Assembly: GCF_009914755.1 (NCBI RefSeq)
Contig: NC_060931.1
Source of the DNA: the human T2T-CHM13v2.0 reference genome, Homo sapiens
Direction: 5' to 3' (one strand)
Length of the DNA stretch: 64,000 bases
In this document: piece by piece, positions 26,090-36,824 of the stretch
Numbering within the stretch: position 1 is the first letter of the stretch
How the letters are laid out: each line of letters begins with the position of its first letter
Made by a program: the position numbers and the translations under genes
Notes under the pieces: generated by a model
Database searches by the model: none
What the model saw: the letters and a program-made list of their open reading frames with translations, nothing else
What the model was told of the DNA's origin: nothing

Positions 26090-26646
26090 GGGTTTGCTGG
26101 GGTTGGCTTGCTTTTAAATCAGGGCTCAGTGCTGTCTGAGGAGTTAAGTTTAAAGGAAAAGTGTGACTTCATCCCAGCATCCAGAATCTAGTTTGCAGAT
26201 GTTTGAGTGTCCTGTGGAATGTGAGCCATTAAACAGAAACTCTTCATCTTCCAGCAATGCCAGTATCCTCTGTTCAGCAGGGAAACCCCAACTGTAGCAA
26301 AACATTGAGTGAATAATGTTCTGGGCTTGCATCAGGGATAGATGGAGGAGAGCCAGGAGCCAGCCTGCATGCTCACAGACCCATATAAAGGGAGAACCAC
26401 TTCCTCCTCAGGAGAACTCAGAGAAACCTTAGCAATTCACCTGTACCCCACACCTAACCCATTCCAGTTGTGCCCTGGATGGTGGACAGGAGGATGTAAA
26501 GGGAACATAGGAGAGGGGAGTGGACAATTCCAGACCTCTCCAGATAGGCTTAGCTCAAATAACCTTGCAAATATTCTGAATAAGAGCCAGATTTCCCAGG
26601 GCTCTGGCCTTTTCTTCCCTGAGCAGCATGATGATGCTCCATTCCT

Positions 26647-27135
26647 GTCTTGACAAGGATTCTGTCATGGATTTCTTGGTTGTGCTGCCCAGGAAGCAGG
26701 TGAGGCCCAGGAACAATGAGGAATGTCGTCCCTGGACTTGGCATGCCTCACTCGCAAGCACACCATATGTGGGTCCTGTGATTGATAGGTTTGATAGATG
26801 GATACGTCCTGTTTCCAGCCACCAGCCTCTATCCCCTGAATGCTGTTGTCAACTCAGAGCCACAACTCTGGTCACAAAGATGGAGCAAGTAGTGGCACCT
26901 TAATGTGAAGAAATTTTCCATCATGCAATTGTTACCTGGTGCCTACATGAGTTAGACTCAAACCAGCAGCTGTTTACCTCAGTGATAGAGGATTTATGAC
27001 AGAAACAGAGGGCTCTTGTAATTCTATACCCACAGGTATTCACCTGATAACCTTCACATGTGTCCCCTAGGTTTTGGGGACTTTGAGCCTGCCTCACTGA
27101 ACACATATATCCTCGTTCCCAGCTCTCTGGACATG
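26647..27135 (+). pseudogene. Unnamed TRBV relic R2a (TRBV1/3/4-like)
   Basis: Leader-like aca agg att ctg tca tgg (TRILSW)...ggaagcag|GTGAGG (donor 26700). V-like aatgctgttgtc...ctggtcacaaagatggagcaagtagtggcaccttaatgtgaag (NAVV..LVTKMEQVVAP*CE), acctggtgc (W), aaccttcacatgtgtcccctaggttttggggac (NLHMCPLGFGD versus TRBV3 NLHINSLELGD). Confidence 0.68.
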
Positions 27136-27313
27136 CATCTCCTTGTATTATTGTCTTATGCCAACTCTCAGGTGCTTCATCCCCTAACTCTTCCCATCCT
27201 TTACCCCTTAGGCAATGAATAAAAGTATATTTGTGACTAATGTTGCCCCATTAGAAAAAAAATGCCAGATACTAGCCACTGCTGTTCAATTGTAACTTAT
27301 ACTAAATCTGTAA

Positions 27314-27665
<352 letters not shown>

Positions 27666-28403
27666 GATTTTGGATCTCTTACTGTATTCACAATGATATT
27701 TTCAGGGATAAGAGAGTCCCCACCCATCTTATAAGATATCAGAACTTTCATTACATTGATGACCAAGAACCATAGGCAGAACCATGATGAAGACTTGGTA
27801 CACAATGCATCATGAAGCTTGATAACAGAAAAGAGAAAGCTGGCCATTGACCTTCACCAAAAATGAACCCTTCCAACTCTCTCTCAGGGTATTATTTTAC
27901 CCCTTTAGCTTAGAGCATGTCAGCTGGTTCAACATGCTTCTAGGATAAACCTGTGTCAACTACCCCAGCTCCCACTCTGTCTAAGCTCATAGCAATGAGA
28001 AAATGGAGAACCTGGTAAGACAGAAATGCCCAGAGAGAAGGATATACAGATAAGACATAGAGGTTACTAATTGTTGTCTGTATTTTGAGTTGCCTTTGAC
28101 ACATTCAAGTAGAAACATGCAGCAGAAGATGGCCCTGGAGATGCAGTGGGTGATCCAATCCCCCAAGCCCTAGAGATGTGAGTAAAGACACTTGGATGAA
28201 CTTACACACAGTCCATGAATACGCTAAAGCAACTTCTAGCTCTGTTTTAGTTCATAACAACTGGTTTCTAAGAACTTAGGCACTTGTGGAGACAATGATG
28301 TTACTGTAGGAACTACCGTATAAGGACAGGATGTCCCACCTCCTCTGCTCCTGTTCACAAGGACCCTGAACTGGCAAAGCTCCCATCCTGCCCTGACCCT
28401 GCC

Positions 28404-28851
28404 ATGAGCACCAGGCTTCTCTGCTGGATGGCCCTCTGTCTCCTGGGGGCAGGTGTGTCCTAAGAACACCATGATCATCCCATTGGAAATTCCAGTGATT
28501 TCTTCAATCATTTCTGTCTTTCTGTTTTCAAATTCTGTCTTTTTCCCCAACAGAACTCTCAGAAGCTGAAGTTGCCCAGTCCCCCAGATATAAGATTACA
28601 GAGAAAAGCCAGGCTGTGGCTTTTTGGTGTGATCCTATTTCTGGCCATGCTACCCTTTACTGGTACCGGCAGATCCTGGGACAGGGCCCGGAGCTTCTGG
28701 TTCAATTTCAGGATGAGAGTGTAGTAGATGATTCACAGTTGCCTAAGGATCGATTTTCTGCAGAGAGGCTCAAAGGAGTAGACTCCACTCTCAAGATCCA
28801 GCCTGCAGAGCTTGGGGACTCGGCCATGTATCTCTGTGCCAGCAGCTTAGC
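28404..28851 (+). CDS. TRBV11-1: T cell receptor beta variable 11-1 (leader 28404-28452, V exon 28554-28851)
   Basis: MSTRLLCWMALCLLGA leader, GT 28453, AG 28552-28553. [35 protein letters not shown]...YLCASSL is open. Confidence 0.96.
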
Positions 28852-28890
28852 CACAGCGTTGCAGAGACTTTCTGTCCTGTGCACAAAACT
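28852..28890 (+). other. RSS of TRBV11-1 (spacer 22 by homology)
   Basis: cacagcg + 22 nt + gcacaaaac, or + 23 nt + cacaaaact. Confidence 0.85.
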
Positions 28891-30581
28891 CCAGGGCTCT
28901 CTCCGCTCTACTCAGCTCACAGCAGCCTTTCCTTATTCCTCATCCTCTCAGGGAAGAAGTGAGTTTTCAGATATAGCTAGGGTTCATATAGTGGGAGGAA
29001 ATGAACTATTTTCTTAAAACATGAGCGCTATAGTTGTTGGTTGAAAACATGTCTTAGGGATTTGAAACACTTCTGGGTGGGAATTCAAGAAACCAAAACT
29101 GAAAGTGATTTATCCCAGACCTAGTCCTCAGGGGCAGTGATGGTTGTTCTTCTATAAAAAATGCACACAATGTTGTACGTTAATTAAGAAAATAAATAAA
29201 TAAACTTGAAAAATAAAGACATTTAATCACCAAAACATGTGTGTTAAACTTTAATAATATAGATATTGATTACATGCAAGTAACAAACAGCAGGCCCTCC
29301 TTCTGCCGTTGTCAGCATCTGAATGATGTGAATCTTATCTGGCTCTGGAGCCTCTTCTTGACCTCTCACTGGATGTTTCATGCAGTCAAATCTCAACAGA
29401 CACTGTGTGTTTGGAAATCTTTTCCCTCTGTTTTTGTGGAAATATGACAATAATAATAATATTGTAATGATGATGATGTTGATCATTTCAGCTATTTCAT
29501 TCAGCACACTTTAAACTTCAAAGAAATGCACACAAATGGTTATCCTGGAAACAATTCCCAAATCTTAACTCAAAATGAATTTTGCTTCTCTGGAGTGCTT
29601 TAACTTTTCAGTGTAACAGACACAGCCCAACACTATAATTAGGCCTGGGCCAGCTAGTTCAGAGGCTGGTGAAGACACTTCCACCTGCCTGCCTACTTCC
29701 TTGTCTGCCCACTAAAATAGCTCCTTAGTGCATTAGATATTCCTGCCAGAACTTCAGAAGCAATGAGTTGCCCCTGGTCCAGTTGTCTCCTCTGATAATG
29801 CACTGTGTGTGTCCAACTCTAGTCTCTACCCTAACTTCTGCCCAGATTCTCCTGTACTAGAACTCATTCTAAAGTACTGGTTAGAATGTTTGGGAAGGCA
29901 GCTTCCTGGGAATCCTCCGAAGGACCATGGCTGTCAGTGATTCCCTCGTAACACTTCTTGAGAGCATCTTGTATTTCATTGAACGTAGGACTCCCATTTA
30001 TTTCAGTCTGTCTGCTCCTGTTCACCTCTGAGATCTCTGTGGCTTGTTTGTGTTGATTTCCTTTTGTGCTGCTTCTTGGTCATTTGTTTGTATTTTTCCT
30101 TATAAACCTGATTATTTTTGACATCATGCCAGACACTATGGTTGTAGAAATAATTTTTGGTCTAGGATGGACATATCTTTCTCCAGAGATAATTTTATTG
30201 TGTTTTGTAAAGTGCATGGATACATAAACAATCCAGGACTCCCTGAAAAAGAGTTAAAGGCTTGAGGTGTCCTGGAGCCCCTGGAGAACAGGTTTCCTAC
30301 TAGTTCATTGTTTCAATTCAAGTTCCTCAGTGGTCACCCTCAGTAAGTTCTGGTCTTAGCCATTACCCCCCAGCCTGTGAATCAGCTTCCTGAGAGCTGG
30401 GCTGGGATCAGCAAATGCCCCTAAGGGCAGTGACTGCTGTGTTCACTCCCCCAGGCTCCTGCCTTCTCCAAGATTCTGGACCAGTTATCCCTCATAATGT
30501 TTTTGGGATATTAATTAGTTTCAGTTTTTGTTAGTGTGGTAATTTACCCAACTATTTAAATAATAACAGAAGGGTTAATTT

Positions 30582-31114
30582 TGTTACAAGAAAGGGGTCC
30601 TGATCCAACCGCCAAGAGAGGGTTCTTGGATCTCATGCAAGAAAGAATTCAGGGTGATTCCACAGTGAAAAGCCAAAGCAAGTTTATTAAGAAAGTAACA
30701 TGGTGAAAGAACAGCTACCCCATAGACAGAGTAGGGCTTTCCCAAAAGTAACAGGAGGAGCGCATCTACCCTAGGTACAATACTTGTTTATATATAGGAT
30801 AAGAAAAGATCGTTGAGAGATGTGCTCTGCTACAAGGGTTTGTGATAAAGGATTAACTTTCTTAATTACTATGTTTTGCAAGAATCAGTATTATTATCTT
30901 TAAAGAGAAATTAGGAATGTTTCTGTTCCCAAGATATTGGGGTATCATGACACTCCCAAGTCTGGGTCTGTTTAGTAAACATTATTAATCTGTTGCTTTA
31001 ACCATAAACATCTAGAGGTTAGGGATACCTGATTTTCTGGGAATGCAGCCCAGCAAGGCCCAGCCTCATTTTTTCACGTAAGATGGAGTCACTCTGGTTT
31101 GAACGCCTCTGACA
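30582..31114 (-). mobile_element. MER41-family solo LTR (ERV1)
   Basis: Reverse complement begins tgtcagaggcgttcaaaccagagtgactccatct (MER41 5' end); 4-bp TSD ATTT (30578-81, 31115-18); empty site in copy B (~57735). Confidence 0.85.
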
Positions 31115-31446
31115 ATTTGAGTTTCCTCTTCTGTAATTACTCAGATGAAGGTCAAAGAATTTCATTTAAAGTTTTAATTTTCTTTGAATTTCAATGTCTG
31201 ATTCTTAGTCTGTGATTTGCTTGATATTTAACTTAAATAGCATAGAGGAATGTTTTACTGAAACTTTAATTTCGAGGAAAGAACTTTTTTAAAAACTTGA
31301 AGGGGATTTATAATCAAATTGGGACACTCACTTGGTTTTGACATTTTATCATTTAGAGTATTATTATGTTGTTAATTACATAACCTTCGATGCTTCATTC
31401 GAACAGGGTAATGAGAATAGAGAGTAAATATTTAAACTTCATCAGA

Positions 31447-32752
31447 TCTTTGACACACCTGACAAAAACAAGCAATGGGGAAAGGATTCCCTATTTAATA
31501 AATGGTGCTGGGAAAACTGGCTAGCTATATGCGGAAAACTGAAACTGGACCCTTTCGTTACACCTTACACAAAAATTAACTCAAGATGGATTAAATACTT
31601 AAAAGTAAGACCTAAAACCATAAAAACCCTAGAAGAAAACCTAGGCAATACCATTCAGGACATAGACATGGGCAAAGACTTCATGACTAAAACACCAAAA
31701 GCAATTGCAACAAAAGCCAAAATGGACAAATGGGATCTAATTAAACTGAAGAGCTTCTGCACAGCAAAAGAAACTATCATCAGAGTGAACAGGCAACCTA
31801 CAGAATGGGAGAAAATTTTTGCAATCTATCCATCTGACAAAGGGCTAATATCCAGAATCTACAAGGAACTTAAACAAATTTACAAGAAAAAACAAAGAAC
31901 CCCATAAAAAGGGGGCGAAGGATATGAACAGACGCTTCTCAAAGGAAGACATTTATGCTGCCAACAAACATATGAAAAAAAGCTCATCATCACTGGTCAT
32001 TAGAGAAAGGCAAATCAAAATCACAATTAGATACCATCCTATGCCAGTTAGAATGGCGATCATTAAAAAGTCAGGAAACAACAGATGCTGGAGAGGATGT
32101 GGAGAAATAGGAACGCTTTTACACTGATGGTGGGAGTGTAAATTAGTTCAACCATTGTGGAAGACAGTGCGACGATTCCTCAGGGACCTAGAACCAGAAA
32201 TACCATTTGACCCAGCAATCCCATTACTGGGTGTATATACCCAAAAGATTATAAATCATTCTACTATAAAGACACATGCACATGTATGTTTATTGCAGCA
32301 CTCTTCACAATAGCAAAGACTCGAAACCAACCCAAATGCCTATCAATGATAGCCTGGATAAAGGAAATATGATACATATACACCATGGAATACTATGCAG
32401 CCATAAAAAAGAATGAGTTCATGTCCTTTGCAGGGACATGGATGAAGCTGGAAATCATCACTCTCAGCAAACTAACACAGGAGCAGAAAACCAAACACCG
32501 CATGTTCTCATTCATACGGAGGAGCTGAACAATGAGAGCATATGGGCACAGGGAGGGGAACATCACACACCAGGGCCTGTTGGGGCGGGGGGGTCAAGGG
32601 GAGGGATAGCATAAGGAGAAATACCTAATGCAGATGACGGGTTGATGGGTGCAGCAAACCACCATGGCACATGTATACCTATATAACAAACCTGCATGTT
32701 CTGCACACGTATCCCAGAACTTAAAGTATAATAAAAATAAATAAATAAAATA
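31447..32752 (+). mobile_element. 5'-truncated primate L1 (L1PA): ORF2 end, 3' UTR and polyA
   Basis: [35 protein letters not shown] (ORF2p); typical 3' UTR; (AAAT)n tail; imperfect TSD aaacttcatcaga / aaagttgatcaga; absent from copy B. Confidence 0.96.
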
Positions 32753-33468
32753 AAGTTGATCAGAGAGCAGAGAGTGAACATGGAATTTACTTCATTCCTG
32801 CACTGTCGTGACTCATTTGTGCCATGTTTTGTGAGCACACCTGAGGGGCAGGGGTCAGAATTGGAGGGAGTCACAGGTGTGTGGCTATCATCTTTTCCTT
32901 CCCAGTCCCCTGGAAAGGTGCTTGGTTCCACATTTTCCATTTGGGGGAACTTCCCTAAAGTGATACACTGGTTTTTGTCTATTATTTGCCAAATGTTTCT
33001 TATGGGAAGTGAAATAAGTTATCTTATTTAGTCTCCTCTTCATCTGAGGTTAGTCTCTCTTCATCATCATCCTTTCATCCTGGCTACTGAGAAAAAAAAG
33101 TAGATTCTTTTGGTGCTTTTTCAACATACACTAAGATCAGTGGAGAACTTTCTTTCCTTACAGGGTTGGCCTGTAGTTTGCAGGGGAGAGAGAATGGATT
33201 AAATTCTGATTCAGAATAGTGTGGGTTGGCCTATTTGCTCTCCTATCTGAGCACTATTAGTTATTAACACTGATATTTTATCTCCACTTGTCTGACTTCA
33301 ATGTCCACCTCTCAGGTGGTTCCATCTTAGGCCATAGCAACATTAAGATTGCTTTCTGACCTTCTAACACCAACAAATCATAATTCCCATATCTCCATGA
33401 CTCAACAAAGCAAAGCACAAGTCCCCTGTGTCCTGGCAAGAGAGCAGATTTGTGCTGTTTCTGCCTAC

Positions 33469-33487
33469 TGGCCACAAGGAGGCACTG
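33469..33487 (+). promoter_or_regulatory. CTCF-like motif upstream of relic R3a
   Basis: TGGCCACAAGGAGGCACTG with upstream TGCTGTTTC (U-motif-like). Confidence 0.65.
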
Positions 33488-34084
33488 TGGCTTTGTTGTC
33501 ATCAGAGTCAAATGGGGAGGGGCGAAGATGGCTCTCTGGAAGATTCTTAAGGGAAACCCTGGGTTTGGCCCTAGATTCAGGGAGCTGGGCTGTCTGGAAT
33601 GAAGGCTGGGAATGAAGGAATTAGAGACCAACCAATTTGCCTGTATTGTTGTGGAGAAGGGTTTTGCTCTAAACTGAGCTCTGAATGGGGCTGAGTGGCA
33701 GGTGTGCTTGCAGTGGATATATGTCTGAGCGCCCTTAAGATGTGGAGGCACAAGTAGCTGGGGTGGTGCAGTGCCCAGGTTCTGGGCTGGGAAAGCAGAG
33801 AAGCAGTTTTCATGTTACAGGAGCCTTGGAGAGCCTGGCCCCAAACCCCCAAACCAGCTCAGGCCAGCCCTACCTGCTCTGTTAAAAGTAGAAGGAAGAG
33901 CAGGGAGAGACGGAGGTGCTACCCTGGACCATCGGAGGGACCCTGTTCCCCAGGGAGGGGGCAATCACAATTACAACACCAGTAGCATATACACTTATTA
34001 GGCAGACACCAGGGTGGAGTAGAACAGAGTTTTCTCCACCAAGACCTTTTGCTCTCAGCAGGAAAATGGCCCAGTCTATTAATA

Positions 34085-35045
34085 GTTCACCTCTGCTACT
34101 CACTTCAGACTCCTGTGTGTCCCCTGGAAGAAGGTGGGGTCTGGGTAGAGATAGTACCTTTTCTTTTGGCTTGAATTAAAGTTCTTTCCATATGACTCGT
34201 TCATTTGCCTCTACCTGTATCTTGTATCTAGCTTCTGCCTCTTGTATTCATGTGTGCCTTGGACACTATAAAGTATTTGATTTCTACTGCTGCTGTAATG
34301 AATTACCACTGATTTTGGAGGCTTAAACAAAATACATTTGCTACCCTACAATACTGGAGGCCAGGAGTCCAAAATCAGTGTAACTGGGCCAAAATCAAGG
34401 TGTTGGCAGGGCTGCGTTCTTTCCCAGAGCTCTAGGGGAGAACTGTTTTTCTCCCCTTTTCAGCTTCTAGAGGCTACCAGCATGTCTTGGCTTGTTACCC
34501 CATTCAATCTTCGAAACCAACAGGGACTGACTGAGCCTTTGCTCATGCTGCATCACTCTGACACTCTTTGTCCTCCCTCTTCCACATTTTAGGACCCTTG
34601 TGACTACATTGGACCCGCCTGGAAAATCCAGGACACTCTCCCAGTATGAAGGTCAGCTGATTGACAACCTGACTTTGTGTGGAACTTTAATTTTTCTTTT
34701 ACAAGTAACTTAACACATTCCTAGGTTCCAGAGATTAGACCTGGACGTGGTTGGAGGGCCTTTGTTCTGCCTACCAAACCTAGGAACTTGGTAAGAGGGA
34801 GGAAAACAAAATGATCACCTGGAAACCAGAATACTGACCACCGTTTTACATCCCAGGCCTAACAGACACAAAAAGGGATGGAGCCCACAAAGAAATAGAC
34901 ACCTCAGGTCTCACAAGCTCGTCTGTAAACTATTTGCTCCTTAGGATCGGAAAGTACTCTGGGGTGCAGGGGACTCAGCAGTATGCCTCTGTGCCAGCAG
35001 CAAAAATGTGGCCCTAAACTGCTCCTTCTTGGTTAGCAATTAACC
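34085..35045 (+). pseudogene. Unnamed TRBV relic R3a (TRBV21/23-like), split by an MLT1 LTR
   Basis: Leader-like end tgtgtcccctggaagaag|GTGGGGtctggg (donor 34134); ccttggacact (LDT) ~34257; after the MLT1, aacctaggaacttggtaaga (PRNLVR); in-frame GDSAVCLCASS at 34969-35001; RSS remnant tgtggcc-23-caattaacc. Confidence 0.7.
34273..34776 (-). mobile_element. MLT1 (MaLR) LTR; paralog ~59960-60430
   Basis: ctgctgtaatgaattaccac...ggaggccaggagtccaaaatc...aaggtgttggcagggctg...ttctgcctacca. Confidence 0.8.
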
Positions 35046-35821
35046 CAGTTGACCAACCCACAGAGCAGAGGCTTCTCTCAGCTCTGTACACTCTACACCC
35101 TGAGAGGAAGTCGGCTTCTGAGATGCAAGACTCTTTTATAAGGAAAAGTCCAGTTGTAAAGATTAAGAAACTTTGAGCTTTGCTAGAGGTAAAAATAGGA
35201 TGTAAGTCAACTCTGGAGCATTTAATTTCCAAATGTTTATGAAAAAGACAATCTTCTTCCTGTTTTATTGTATGGATAGAGAATGAGAGAGATTCTGTAC
35301 TCTGGGCTTTGCAAACTCACTAGAGTTCAAGAATAAATACACTCAGAGAGGTCTTTCACTGCAAAGAAGAGCTTTGAAATCGAATGAACTTTCAGGATAT
35401 CAGTTCGGCTCCTGTATCTCTAACAACGCAGTTGACATGCTTGCCCTTCCTAGGGATCTCAGGGGCCAACTCCTAACTCACTTGTGGATAATTGAAGTGC
35501 ATTCAAAGGAGTAGGAGCACAGAGACATCAGGGAGAGGAATAGGAGAGTTTGCAGAGAATCTGGCTTGCTGTAAGACAATGAGTTCATCTTGAAATAATT
35601 GGAGTGTGAGGTGCAGATGAATATAGTTGGCAAGATCCTAGGTAAGATATACTATAGAGAAGGCTTTATGAATTGGTAATATCAAGACAAATCCACAGAG
35701 AGCCTCCGTAGGTGTGCATTTGTGTCTCAGATCAATTATAGTTCAGTCCTGCCTGATTCATCTCCCAGAGATGCAGCCTCCACTTAAATAAGGAGCTTTC
35801 AAATTGGAGGTGGTGGCCCAT

Positions 35822-35837
35822 TCAGTGACGTCACTGA
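35822..35837. promoter_or_regulatory. Promoter decamer of TRBV12-1: a perfect CRE inside a 16-bp palindrome
   Basis: TCAGTGACGTCACTGA. Confidence 0.85.
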
Positions 35838-35938
35838 CAGATGCATCTTGTGTGGATAAAATGTCACAAAATTAATTTCTTTGTTCATGCTCACAGAGGC
35901 CCTGGTCTGGAATGTTCCACTTCTGCTCTCACTCTGCC

Positions 35939-36381
35939 ATGGGCTCTTGGACCCTCTGTGTGTCCCTTTATATCCTGGTAGCGAGTGAGTTCTCCGATAT
36001 TTATTATGGTCATGCTGGACCTCTGTCTAGATGACTCCTTATATTTTCCTTATTCTTTCCCCCAATTCTGTCTTCTTTTATAGCACACACAGATGCTGGT
36101 GTTATCCAGTCACCCAGGCACAAAGTGACAGAGATGGGACAATCAGTAACTCTGAGATGCGAACCAATTTCAGGCCACAATGATCTTCTCTGGTACAGAC
36201 AGACCTTTGTGCAGGGACTGGAATTGCTGAATTACTTCTGCAGCTGGACCCTCGTAGATGACTCAGGAGTGTCCAAGGATTGATTCTCAGCACAGATGCC
36301 TGATGTATCATTCTCCACTCTGAGGATCCAGCCCATGGAACCCAGGGACTTGGGCCTATATTTCTGTGCCAGCAGCTTTGC
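35939..36381 (+). pseudogene. TRBV12-1: T cell receptor beta variable 12-1 pseudogene (leader 35939-35984, V exon 36084-36381)
   Basis: MGSWTLCVSLYILVA leader; [35 protein letters not shown]...; single in-frame TGA at 36281-36283; ends YFCASSF. Confidence 0.94.
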
Positions 36382-36420
36382 CACAGCACTGCAGAATCTC
36401 CCCATCTCTGTGCAGAAACC
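36382..36420 (+). other. 23-RSS of TRBV12-1
   Basis: cacagca + 23 nt + gcagaaacc. Confidence 0.9.
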
Positions 36421-36490
36421 CTGGTGCTTCCTCTTCTCCCCACAGCTCTCAGCAGTCGTCAGCAAAGTCTTTCCTGCTCTCTGCTCACCA

Positions 36491-36824
<334 letters not shown>

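Noticed and set aside
31668-32127. L1 ORF2p peptides as an active retrotransposon
   Set aside because: 5'-truncated 1.3-kb copy with frame breaks; cannot be autonomous.
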